DNA of 64,000 nt from an uncultured Clostridia bacterium (lineage in GTDB: Bacteria; Bacillota; Clostridia; Christensenellales; UBA1242), in the NCBI GenBank assembly GCA_944341445.1, contig CALVLZ010000006.1, positions 2,589-66,588 on the forward strand, read 5' to 3'. A program made the position numbers and the translations under genes. Positions 29,578-42,800 of the stretch are shown here, piece after piece; positions within the stretch are counted from its first letter, which is position 1, and each line of letters begins with the position of its first letter. The notes under the pieces are model-generated. The model had not been told where the DNA came from. It saw nothing but the letters and a program-made list of their open reading frames with translations, and searched no databases.

Positions 29578-29605
29578 GTATTAATAACTTTTTTTGAGGT
29601 TGAAT

Positions 29606-29869
29606 ATGGCTAAATGTTTAAAAAGATGCGAAATTCTTGCAAATTATTTATTAGAAAATAATACCACCATAAGAAAATGTGCTAGCTTTTTTGGTTATAG
29701 TAAAAGTTTGGTTCATTTGGAAGTTTCAAAAAAATTAAAACAAGTTAATCACAAACTTTATTTAAAAGTTAAAATTTTGTTAGATAAAAATTTTAAAGAA
29801 AAAAATATTAGAGGTGGCATGGCAACAAAACAAAAATTTTTAAAATTGAAAAACAAAAAGAACGACTAA
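29606..29869 (+). CDS. spoIIID: Sporulation transcription regulator SpoIIID
   Basis: TTIRKCA..FGYSKSLVH, L..VN..LY..V...LD.N..E..IRGGMATKQKF. ATG 29606 after GAGG. Confidence 0.88.
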   Translation: MAKCLKRCEILANYLLENNTTIRKCASFFGYSKSLVHLEVSKKLKQVNHKLYLKVKILLDKNFKEKNIRGGMATKQKFLKLKNKKND

Positions 29870-29880
29870 TCGTTCTTTTT
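29855..29880. terminator. Bidirectional terminator inside the overlapping ends of spoIIID and ttcA
   Basis: AAAAAGAACGA-ctaa-TCGTTCTTTTT; the loop holds both stop codons. Confidence 0.6.
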
Positions 29881-30648
29881 TTCTTGTTTTAAACTTTGTT
29901 TAATAAATTGTTTTTTATTTAAAGGCTTTCCTTTTTTGCCATACATTTGGTTTAAAAGATTATATCTTTCTGGATGAACAAGCGCTGTAAAAATTCTATC
30001 TTTAGCAAAAGGAACATCTTTTTTTATTCCATCAATTAGTTCTTTAACAAATTCTCTTTTTGTGTGTTTGTTTGCGGGGCATGGGTTTTTAAAAATTGGC
30101 AAATCTTTGCTTGCACTTTTAATAAATTTTTCGTCTGTGAAAACAAGTGGTCTAATAACGGTTATTTTGGTTTTAGACATGTATGTTTTAGGCATAAAAG
30201 TGCTAAGTCTTCCTTCATATATCATACTAAGAAAGAATGTTTGAATAATATCGTCTAAGGTATGACCTAAAGCAAGTTTTGTAATGCCAAGTTCTTTGGC
30301 TTTGTTTGATAGTGCGCCCCTTCTCATTTTACTGCATAACGAACAAGGATTTTTTTCCTTTCTTTCTTCAAAAACAATATCATAAATATTGGTTCTAATA
30401 ATGTGCAAAGGAACATCAATTTCTTTACAAAATTCCTGCAATTTTTCAAGATTTGTGTTGTTATACATATCCACTGTTATTGCACAAAGTTCAAAGTTTT
30501 TGCAATCAAATTTTCTGTATATACTTAATGCTTTTAAAAGCACCATACTGTCTTTGCCACCAGACACTCCAACAGCAATTTTATCGCCATTTTCTATTAA
30601 TTTATATTCTTCATCACATTTTCTTAATAAACTAAGAATTTTTTGCAT
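29866..30648 (-). CDS. ttcA: tRNA 2-thiocytidine(32) synthetase TtcA family
   Basis: PP-loop GVSGGKDS, NPCSLCSKMRRG, LGHTLDD, VIRPL, NPCP. Confidence 0.85.
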   Translation of the reverse strand: MQKILSLLRKCDEEYKLIENGDKIAVGVSGGKDSMVLLKALSIYRKFDCKNFELCAITVDMYNNTNLEKLQEFCKEIDVPLHIIRTNIYDIVFEERKEKNPCSLCSKMRRGALSNKAKELGITKLALGHTLDDIIQTFFLSMIYEGRLSTFMPKTYMSKTKITVIRPLVFTDEKFIKSASKDLPIFKNPCPANKHTKREFVKELIDGIKKDVPFAKDRIFTALVHPERYNLLNQMYGKKGKPLNKKQFIKQSLKQEKKND

Positions 30649-30744
30649 AATTAATTCCTTTTTTTGTCTTTTGAATTAAAAAAAACAACTAACATTTTTT
30701 ATGTTTTTTGTTGTTGAAAAAACACGAAAAAAGTATTATTTTGT

Positions 30745-30773
30745 TTGACTAATATTAATAAAAATTTTATACT
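30745..30773 (+). promoter_or_regulatory. sigma-A promoter of giant lipoprotein 1
   Basis: TTGACT-17 bp-TATACT. Confidence 0.65.
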
Positions 30774-30885
30774 AATTTCGATTAGTTATATTATATATAT
30801 TAATTATTATTAATTCAACAAAATTTTGCAAATAAAATTTTGAAATTTATAAATACTAACATATAAGAAAAATGGAGAAAATTAT

Positions 30886-33800
30886 ATGAAACATTGGCTT
30901 GGGAAATTATCAGTTGCAGTATTAATGTTTTTTGGAAGCATTTTTATGCTGGTTGGTTGTGGCAACCCATATTCTGGCTTGTCTATAAAAACCGATAACA
31001 CTGAAGTTTATTTGTATGTTGACACTGATGAAAACGGAGATTTAGTAAAAACAAGTCAAGAGTTAACTGTTAGTGTTGATGGTGCAAAAAGTGGTGTTAG
31101 CACAGATGTTTTGTATGAGATAGAAGATAAACGTTATGCTAAAGTTGAAAGTGTTAAAAAGGATGGCAATAAAACTATTTTAACAATTGTTCCAGAAGGT
31201 AACACAATAGCAGATACTGTTTCAGGAACAACTTACATAACCTTAACAACCAAAGAAGGAAACAAACAAACCAAGGTTAAAATTATTGTTGAAAAGAAAA
31301 TTAAGAACGTTTCTTGGTCCACTGAAAGAATAGGCATTCAAAGAAATTCTTTTTTAAATTTGTATAATTGGTTAGTGTTTGACCCAATTGATACTTCTGA
31401 AAACAAAATGGAATTTACTTTGCTTGATGAGGAAAGTAAAAATAATGCAAATATAACAGAAAATGGAATTTTAACAATAAACAGCAATGCTTCTTTTGTT
31501 AACAACAAAGATGATAATGGCGTTGGCTATGTTAATATAATCGCAAAAAGCAAAAACAAAACAGACCTTGTAACAGCTGTTGCTAGGGTTTACGTTATTG
31601 ATGTTATAAATGTTAAAAATTTCACAGTTAGATTAGAGCAATCAAATGCAACAGATTTAGATTTAAAACCAAATAGTAACAATGAATACAGCATTATGCT
31701 TGGAAAAGAAAATATTGGCAATCTTGAATTAAATAATGCAAACATTTTAATTTTGCCAAGTGATAATTCTGTTGTTAACAGAAATTATAGCATCACAGTT
31801 AAAAGCATTTCTAACAGCAAAGTTGTTGATGTTCAAAAATTTAACGAAACTTTTAACTTTAGTGCAATAAACGCAGGCAAAGCAGTTGTTGAATTTAATG
31901 TCGAATACAACAATTACGAAGGACAATTTACACAAACAATTAAAGTTAATGTTGAAGTTAAAGAAAAAATTCCAACAAGTTTTGAAATAACAAACGAAAC
32001 ATTAAATGAAGTTGTTAATGAAAATGATTTATTGTATGTTTTTGATACATATAACAAAACACAAACTTCAGATGTTGTTGCTGATTATTTAAAATTAAGA
32101 GTTTTTGTTAATTCAGATTTGGAAAATTTAAAATTTAGAGTTAGTTTTAATTCAAATGGTTTGCCGGGGTTTGATGCTAGCAAATTTGAAATTTTAAACA
32201 GCAAGGGTGAAAACATTCAAGGCACGCTTGTTGAAAACGGAAGTTATATTTATATCAAACACAAAGTGACAGATGAATCTTTAAATGATATGGAAAATTG
32301 GGAAAAGTTGCCACAATTAAAGTTTACAATGCAATTTAACTTAAACCCAAATGGAAATACAGCAGACAAATACAATGATTATCAAAAATTTGAAGTTAAA
32401 GAAAGAGTTGTTAATCTTGTGTTTAAAAGAGGAGTGTTCTTAGATGACGAAAATATGCCATTAATTAAAAAAATTAATTTGGCAGAAAGGAAAGATATAA
32501 ACACTCCAGATAGCGATAAAATTGTTTTATTAACATTGCCAGAAGGAACTGAATATGGCGATATCATAAAAAGTATTGTTGTTGCAGATGATAGTTTAGT
32601 TACAATTCAAGTTGAAGGGAATGTGGTTTACATTGTTCCTAATTCAAACTTAAAAACAGGAACAACAACAATAGAAGTTCAAACATTGTTGGGACAAAAC
32701 AGAACTTGTGAAGTTTCTTTGTTTATTCCAAATGCATACAGAAATTATATTGATTTACAAAGCTCACCATTCTTCATAACAACAAAAAATTACAATGAAA
32801 GCATAGGCTCTATTTTTGAAATTGGGTATTCATATTTTTCAATAAACCCAAACGGTGAAATTTTGCAATTAGTATATGCGGAAGAAAGTGATATTCCATT
32901 AACTGAAGAGCAAATTGCAACAAATGCAATTATTGATGAATTAAATAAATCAATTTATAATGGTGGCGGATATTTTGTTAAAGATAACGTTACATATTAC
33001 AAAACAATAAACCAAATAACTTTCTTAACAAATTCAACTGTTGAATTTAATGCTTATAACTTTATAGTTGACCAAGAAAATGCGCCAACTCCTTACTTGT
33101 TAAAGAATAACGAAATAGTTTTAAGCATTTCTAGCAGTGTTTATGGAAAAACAGATGGGGAAAGTTTAAGCATAACAACTAATAATGTTGAAAGTGAGGA
33201 AGATTGGAGTTCTGAAAATCCAAATAGCGGAGTGAATGTTAACTTTGCATATTTAGGCGTTGATGAAAGTGGAAACAGACTTCAAGCATACACTCAAAAT
33301 AAGTTTGGAATAAAAATTGTAAAACCAATAAGACAAGTTCAATTAAACAAAAACTTGGTTGAACTTTATATGGAAGAAAGTGTTGGTGCATTAAAACAAA
33401 ATTTGAGTTCTTTCCAAATAACAATTACTAACAGCGAAAATGGAAAACTTTTAGTTGATGCTGGAAACGAAAGTTTAAAAATAACTTATCAATTAACAGA
33501 CCCAAACAAAGTTATATACAATATCATTGCTGGAAGTGGAACTATTTATTCTGTTAAAGTTGACGATATTATTGAAGTTAGCAATTCTGGCTTGATTAAA
33601 GTTAGAATAAGTGCAGACTTAAACAACTTTATTTTGGAAAACAATATTGTTGCACAAGATGTTTATAAGCAAATATTGCAACAAAACATTAATGTTAAGG
33701 TTACAGTTGGAATTCAACAATTTAACAAACCTATATTGCCAGAAACTGTTACAGTTTCTATAAAATATGCAGAGAAAGTTAATAATATTTTAACAAATGT

Positions 33801-36800
33801 AACAAGCAAGGGAATGTATTTCTCAACCAACAAAACAGAACAAAAAACAGTTAAAGTTAATGTTGAAAGAGGAAGTGCAACAAATAAAAATGTTTATGTT
33901 TTAGACCCAAATGGAGCTTTAAACTTCACAGGGTTGGATGAATTTGGAAGAATTAACTTATCAAATTTTGAATTCACAGTTTCTCCAAAACAATATGCCG
34001 GTGCAGAATTTTATATTTATCTAGCAAGTGAAGATAGTGCTGTTTATAAAAATGTTAATGGTGAAATGGTCGCACCAGATATTAACAATTTAAAAGTTAG
34101 TGACTTTGACAGGGTTGTCCCAATCAGGGTAAAAATTGCCGATGGTAGCGATGCATATCCATATGAAATTTACAATGCTAATGACCTTATGGAAATGGGA
34201 TTAGATAAAAACAAAAATAAAGCGTTTGTTTTGGCAAATGATGTTGATTTATCTAATTATTCAAACTTTGCAAGCATTAAAAACTTTGAAGGTAAATTAA
34301 ACGGACAATTTAGATACATTTCTGGGGAAGAAGTTGTTGTTGAGCAAAACTACATAACAAACTTAAAAATAAACGCAGTTGCAACAAGTGAAAATAACAA
34401 CTTTGGTTTATTTGCAAACTTAAAATCTGGTGCAGAAATAAAAAATTTAATAATTCAAAATGCAAACATAACTGTTAATACAAATTTAGATAACATTAAT
34501 GTTGGTGTTGTTGCAGGAACTAACGAAGGCAAAATTAGCAACGTTATAGTTAACTATGCAAAAATCAATGTTCAAACTGCAAATGTTAACAACAGTGTTA
34601 ATGTTGGTGGAATTGTTGGTGTTAACAATTACTACATTCAAGGAAACTTAGAACAACAATCTGATGTTGAAATAACTATTAATTGTGTTAATGAAAGCAA
34701 AACAGATGTTTTAAATGAATTTAATGTTGGTGCAGTTGCAGGTTTGTATTATTCAAATATAACAGATGCCAAAATATCAAATTTTGATATTGCAACAAGC
34801 ATAGTTGTGTTAGAAAACAACGAAAGTGCAATAAATGCTGAAAATGTTAATGTTGGTGGAATTGTTGGTAAAACAAGTTTAAGCAACAATAAGGCATTAA
34901 TTGAAAATAACTCTTTATTAAATTTAAACATTGTTTCAAATGGTAATGTTGGTGGAATTGTTGGCTTTGCGGAAGATGTTGTAATAAGCAACAACAACTT
35001 GCAATATGGTTCGAGTGCAATAAAACCTTCTATTAATGTTGCGATGGGCAATGTTGGTGGAATTGTTGGTTACGCAAATAATAATGTTGAAGTTAAATAT
35101 TCATATTTGAATAACTTTAATGCCAACCCATTAGATGGAATTAATTATTTAGGGAATATAACAATAAAAGAAAACATAAATTCTGTTAATGCAGTTTATG
35201 TTGGTGGAATTATTGGTTTTGTTAACAATAATGTAAATATTAACAACTCATATGTATCAGGAGATATTTACTCAGAAAATTCAAATGCTTATATTGGCTA
35301 TTTTATTGGTGGTGCAACACAAGAAAACAAAAATGCCTGTGCAGTTGAAAATTCATATTTTATTGGAAATGTTAAAAACACAATAGAATCTAGTAATGCA
35401 TTGTTGCCAATTGGAACAGGAAAAGAATTGGAACAACAAGATGCTCCAAAAGAATTAAGTTATGTTGATTCTGAAACAGGTGAAACAAAATATGTTTACT
35501 ACTATATTCAAACTTCGGGAGTATATTTTGTTGATGGCATAAACATTAAAAATTCATATGTTAAAGCAAACTATAATGTTGGAACAAGTGAAGATGTTGT
35601 GAACATTTCAAACTTAATTAGAACAACAGACTTTGCAAGCAATGTTGTGTTGTTTAACGACAACTCATTGCCTCAATCACAAGAGTTCTTTAAGTTGTTG
35701 CCAACTAATGCTTTATTAAATAATGCAGAATTTGATTTGTATGTGAGCGACCCTTTTGTTGAAAAAACAACAGAAAATGTTAATAGAGCAATAATGCAAG
35801 CAAGAAAATTCGTTTGCTCAACTTGCAAATATGAATATAAAGAAATACCTGAAGATGGAGTTTGCGAAAACCCTGATTGTGAATCTCATTCAAACGAAAC
35901 AGGAAAAGCAACATTTATTGAAGTTTTGGGTGATACAGAAGGCATTTATAATGCATTGAAATTTGTTTGTCCGTCTTGTGGAAAAGAATATGATTCATTA
36001 ACTCCAGACGGTTTGTGCGATAATACTGCTTGCACTGGTGTTACAGATGAAGATAAAACTTTAGTTGAAGATTCAATTAGCAGTCCTATAAAATACATTT
36101 GTCCATCTTGCAAAACACAATATATTGAAATGACTGATGATGGTTTATGTGTAAATCCTAACTGTCCTGCTATTTCAGTTGAAGAAAAAACATTGGTTGA
36201 AAATCCTTATGTAACAGAAGGACATCAATCTGTTGTAAGTTCAATTTTAGAAACTGCAGTTTCAAATTTAAGTGATGCAGATTTTAAAGCATATGGTTTT
36301 AACATTGCAAATGAAGGTGACCAAATTTCTGATAACACTGTTTGGTTTAAGAGTGCAAAATTGAACAATAATTTGCCTGTGTTATTTAAAGAAAACAGCA
36401 AAACAGATTTATTGTTAACAGTTATTCCAACAGTTGTTGATTACGAATTTGGAAATGTAAATTATTCAAACACTGCATTCATTCCTTTAACAAATAAAGC
36501 AATTGTTTTCTATAATACATCTGAAACAAATTCTGGTGTTAAAACAAATGAATACGAAATTGTAAAAAACGTTGGTGGAGAAACAACAACTGCCGTTGTT
36601 AAAGATAAATTCTTATACATTTACTTTGGTTCAGACATTCAAATTGATGGAATTAATTTTGATGTTTATAATTCTTATACAATTACAGCAAGCAATTCTA
36701 ATGTTAAATTTATTTCTAATTCATTAATGCAAACACTTGCAACAGGTTATACAACATTAACAATTCAATCTGTTATAGATGAAAGCATTAAGGCGGAAGT

Positions 36801-39800
36801 TCAATTGTTTGTAACAACAGGGGTATCCGATGTTAACATTTATAAAAACGGAAGCACAGGAAACTCTGAAAATATAATAACAGGCAGAGAAACAGAGCAA
36901 GAAACATCACTTTCTGAAGAAATGAATTTAATTGTAAACGAAGAAGCAACTTATTATGTTGATGTTGAAAATATTATTGAAAATGTTCAATTCACAAAAT
37001 CTACAAATATCGGTTATATTCTAGAAATAAAAAGTTATGCAAGTAACATTAAAACAATTAAATTAAATGATGAAGTGGTTGATTTAACAGACACTTATAA
37101 GCAATTTGTTTTTGAAAATTTAGGTTCTTTTAAAATTTCAACTTTGGAACAAGGCACTGTTATGTTAAAAATAACTCCTTATATTAAAACAACTGAAGAG
37201 TTCAGTAGTTTTGAAATTAACGGAGTTAAAATTGGTGGATATTTATTAAATAATCTACAAAACAAGAACTTAACAAAATATTATTTAATGCAAATACAGG
37301 GTATTGCGGAAAAACCACAATTAGATAATACAAACATCATTAACATTGATCCATATGGAACAACAAAAGAAGTTAAAGTTAAATACACAACTCCAAACGT
37401 TGTTCAAAGTGGAACAGATTATGTTATTAATGAAAAATTAAATATGTTTGTTTACAACGAAGATGGTTCTGTTAAATTTAATGTTATTGATTTAGCAAGT
37501 GTTGAATTAAACGTTACAAATTCTTTGGATGTTCAAAATCAAACTTCAACAAACACAAGAAATATACCTTTATATTACAAGGTTGTTAGCAAATCTCAAA
37601 TTGTAAAATCAAGCAATAAAGATGGTATGTATGAAGTTACATTTGGAATTGTGTTTATATCAAATGCTGAGTGGTTTAAGTATAATATTGGCGGAATTTC
37701 TAATTATATTGTGGAATTCTCGGCAGAAACAAATTCTAAGGAAGTTGTTAGCTTTAATTTGAATGTTGAAAGAACTTCTCTTTCTCAAATAACAGCAAAC
37801 TATTATCCTAGTGGTGAAGTTGATTCTACAGGCAATATTAATCCAAACGAAAACGAAAGCTCAACAATAGTTCCAGACCAACAAGGTTTGTTGAAAATAA
37901 ACTTATATCCAGAAATAAATAATGCAGATTACATCGTTATAACAACTTCAAGTGAAAATGCTCAATATATTGGATATAAACAATATATTGGAAATGTTGA
38001 TTATGAGTTGGGTGAAATTAAGTCATACGAACAAATTCAACAAAGCTTGGGTATATATGAAAAAGGTAACGAAAAAGGCGTTAAGTTAATTAACCAAAGT
38101 TTGTCTGTTGGAACACAAGGTATTCAATTTAACGGTGATTTATATGTTGGAATTGTTTTAAGTAAAAATGCCCCACAAAACAGTTCAATAACATTTAATA
38201 TAAGGGCATTTAAAAACAATTCAGAAATAGAAATTTTAAGTATTCAAAAAACTTTAAACATAATTCCTTTGCCAAGAATTGAAATGTTTGTTAACGGAAC
38301 AGATAAGGAATATGTTGTTGCTTCTGGTAACAGTGTTAATTTAAACGTTAATTTGTTTAATTATAACATTGAAACAGAGGGTGAAATTCAGTTTAGTAAT
38401 TTTTCAACATTTGTAAGTGGAAGCACAGAGAAAGTAAGAGTTGAAAAAGTTTCAAACACTTCTTATAAAATTGTTTCAGATGCTGATTGTCCTGTTGGAA
38501 ATGTTATAGTAACAGGAAGCATAACAAAAACATTAAACGGTTTTTCAACAACGGTTGAAGATTCTGTAACAATAAAATTTGTTAAATACAAATTGCAAAG
38601 TGTTGCTGTTGAAAATGTTGCAAGTGGTGTTATGGAAGTGTTAAATGGAGTTACAAATCCATTAAGCGTAACATTAAATGCAGAGTATAACAGCGAAAAC
38701 GCAACAGAAGTTTTATCTCAAAAGTCATATTTGGAGAAATTGGCTGCTGGTAGAGAATATTTTAACGGAGAAGAAACATACAACAATTGGTATGCGTACA
38801 CAGGAAACACTTCAACACAACTTGTGATAGGTGCTGACTATAAAGACATAAACTTTAGCCGCATAACAACAGGAAATTCAGTTGCATTTGCAATTAAAGG
38901 TATTGCAAATTCTTCAAACTATAATACTCAATTAAGGTTCGAAATAAAATACACTTATAACGACAAAACAGGATTCCCAGAAATAATAACTTCAAATGAC
39001 AATGTTTCTGAATATTATTCATTAACCTTTGATTTTGCAGTTTATGTTAAGGATAATTCAACTTATGACCATCCAAATCCAATAACAACAGTTGAACAGT
39101 TAAAAAATATGCAGGCAGGTGCTGACTACATATTGTTAAACGACATAGTTTTGTATAATTGGACCCCAATTGATTTTGTTGCTTCATCTTTAGATGGTAA
39201 TGGTTTTAGATTAATTTTAGACAAATTTGATTTTTCACCATTTAATGGAAGTTCGTCAATTTCAGCGGGAATATTTAGTTCGGTTGCAAACAAAAGTGTT
39301 TTAAAGAATATAACAGTTGATATTGGAAACATTTTAATTTCAAAAGATGAAGTTAATGCGTTCTATAGTGAAGGCGTTGATAAAATTCCAGAAGAAAATA
39401 GTTATATCAACTTAACACAATTTAGTTCTGTTACATTTGGAACATTGGCTGGAACAAATTCTGGAACTATAACAAATTGTAAGGTTATAAGTTCTAGTAT
39501 GCCATCATCAAACTCTGAAACTTATGATAACAAGAACACAATTATGCACGTGTTCACAAATAGGTCTCCACAAATAACAAATAGTGTTGTTGGTGGACTT
39601 GTTGGCATAAACAATGGTTCAATAAACAATTCATATGTTGGAACTCCAACTCAAAGCGATTCAAATGCAAACAATTTAATAAAAACAATTTCTGTGGGTG
39701 TTGCAAATAAAGATTCAAACACTAACGCAATGAATAGCGAATTTAATGTTTATCCTTTCTTTATTGCAGGTAGCTCATATGTTGGAGGATTTGTTGCAAC

Positions 39801-42800
39801 AAACAGCGGAATAATAACAAATAGTTACACTTCTAGTTTAGGTTTAATTAACTTAACAGAAATAAACACAAATAACCAAACTGCTGGCTTTGTAGTTACA
39901 AACTCTAGCAATGCAGAAATTATCAACAGTTTTGCACAAGGTGCTAACATTGAAAATTATAGAGCAACAGACACAAACATTTATATTTCAACTAAAGGAA
40001 ATTTAGGTGGATTTGTATTTAACAATGCTGGAACAATAAATAATGCATTTAGTAATGTTGCAACAAAACAAAACAGTGGAAATTCTGGAGGATTTGTTTT
40101 CCAAAATTCTGGCACAATAAAAAATGCATACACAACAAGTAAGATTGCGCAAAATAGTAATTTAAACGGAAACTTTACAGGTTTAACATCTGGAAACTTT
40201 AATAACACAGGTGTTTATGAAAATTGCTACTATATGGTTCTTCCAACAGAAACTCAAAACGAAAAAGAACCAGCAACAGCAATTGTTGCCGAATTGCCAA
40301 GTGAAGAAGACGTAGAAAACGAAAATTCACAAACAAATGCGTTTAGAAACAGCGGAACATTTAATGGATTCTTGTTTACTTCAGGTTCTGGTACAGATGG
40401 AATTTGGAAAATGCCTTCAAATCCACAAATGGGACCACAATTAATAACTTGTGAGCAAACAACATTCTCCTTGCGTTCATTAGTTAGTGTTCAAAACGAC
40501 ATTCATAACTATGAATATTCAATTTCAAATCCATACGGAAATGCAAACAACCCAATATTAATTAACACACCTGAAGAATTTGTTACATTCTTATTAAACA
40601 ATAGTGTGAATGTTGATGTTTATGATATTGCAACAGGTGCAACAAGAAAGGTTCCTGTGTTTGGAATTAAACCATCTAGCGCAACAGATGGAAGCGAAAT
40701 TAAAAGTAGTGGCGCTTATAGTGTTAGACTTATAAATAATTTGGATTTCTCAAATATTGTGTTGGATGGTGACCAATATCAAGTTGATGGCAAGAAAATT
40801 AAGGATTTAATTTTCTTAGGCGATTTAGATGGTAACGGCTTCACAATAAGTAATTTATCTTTAGTTGAAACAAATAAAGATGAAATTAAGGAAAACTTTG
40901 GCTTGTTTAATCAAGTTGGTTTGTCAGAAATTCAATTAGAATTGTTAAGTAATGCAAACGAAAATCAAGTTGTAAATAGCGTTATAGAACAAAAGCCAAA
41001 TCTAAAGAATTTGAAATTCACATTTAGTAACATTGATGCATCATCTGTTGTTAAAGTTGGTGGTATTGCAGGCTCAATTTATGGTGCAAACTTATATAAT
41101 ATTTCAGTTTCTTATACAGGAACAGTTTCTGCAAGAAACGTTGTTGGTGGCGTTGCAGGTTTAATTGAAAGCACAAGTTTTGAAGGAAAAGTTGTTAGCC
41201 CACAATTAAACGAAGTAACTGTAAGTGGTTTAAGTGCCAACACAAGTTATCACAGCGCAAACGGCGTTAAAACAGATTATGCTGTAACAAATAGTGGTTA
41301 CGCAACAAATGGTAATAATAAAATAATATTTAACTCCTATAAAGAGTATGAATCTTTCACAGGAGATGGAAGAAAAACAGATTATTTTAATAATTTAAAA
41401 CAAATTGCATATGCTGGTGGAATTGCTGGTGTGTTAAATGCTGAAAACAGAGAAAGCTTTAAACTTACAAGTTTGAATAAAGATGTTAAGTATTTAAGAG
41501 ATGGTACAGATTCAACAATTCAACAACTTTATGTTAAAAATAAATTAGTGTTATTGTCCGAAAATGCCGGTGGTTTATTTGGATATGTTGGAAATAACAC
41601 ATTGGTTAAAAACTCTAAACTTGAAATTGCAGAAAAGAGCGATAATAACAATGCATACACAAAGATTGTTGCGTACAATTTTGCGGGTGGTATCGTTGCA
41701 GAAAACTATGGCGGATTAGAAAAAGTTCGTGTAGAGTATCCAAGTGAAATTCAAATTCAATATGATGCAATTTTGCAATCTGGCATGATGGTTGGATATT
41801 CTGATATTTTCAAACCAAATTCAGTATCCGGAGTTCAAGATATCTCATTAACTGCTGTTGGTGGAATTGCAGGTTATTCAGAAAAAGGCAGTATTATAGA
41901 TTCATATTCTAAAATTAATGTTGTTAATAACTATGCAAAATCTGCTGGTGGTGTAATTGGATTTGCAAAAAACAATAATTTCTTATCACACGTTTACACA
42001 ACAGGAGATGTTTACGCACAATATAATATTGGCGGTATTATTGGAACATATTATTCAAAAAGCACAGACAATAAACTAATTTTAGATTATGTTTATGGTG
42101 TTAATGCTTGGAATACAAGCACAAATGGAGAAACTTCTTATAATTTTGCTAAAAACATACTAAAACCATATTACTTAAAAGCGGTTAATGGCACATATAA
42201 TGGTGTTGATGCTTATAATTTTGAAGTTAAAATGCCTTTGTATGGTAATCAAAAAGTTGTTATTAGTGCCGACACTTCGGATGGAAATTATGAAAGTTTT
42301 GAAAAAGAAAGGTTAGAAGAATTAAGCAACATTTTTGCAAGTCAAACTAATTATATTGGAAGCATAGTTGGAAGAATAAATAATGCTAATTCGGATGCAA
42401 TTGTTGCAAATACTGTAACAAGTGCAGAATTGCAAATTATTATTGATAAAGCAAGACTTGTTCAATCAGTTAATGGTTTAAGTGATAACCAAGTTATGGC
42501 AACAGTTATTGGCTCAACCTTCTCAAATGCTAAATTGGAAAACGATTCCGTAACAAAAGTATGGCCAAGCAGCAAAAAACCTAATGTTATGGGTTCGATA
42601 ATTTCTTACGAAAATGTTGAAAGTGTTGGTTCTAATGATAATTATTTAACTGCTATTAAAGGTGAAGAACCTGTTAAAGATGGTTACGGAAATCAAAAAT
42701 ATGTAACAACAACTTTGGCAACAAATTCGGCATTGTCAATAATTGCAAATAATTTCCAAGCATGGGAAGTTGATGCTGAATTGCGTTCTGAAATAGCAAC

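Noticed and set aside
1467-29605. Upstream start codons in the ORF track (1467, 12631, 21901, 23507, 29594)
   Set aside because: Downstream ATGs (1488, 12646, 21928, 23534, 29606) have better RBS spacing or match the family N-termini.
34600-35070. 20-nt direct repeats resembling a CRISPR array
   Set aside because: In-frame NVGGIVG coding repeats with irregular periods (249, 96, 105 nt); not palindromic; no cas genes or leader.
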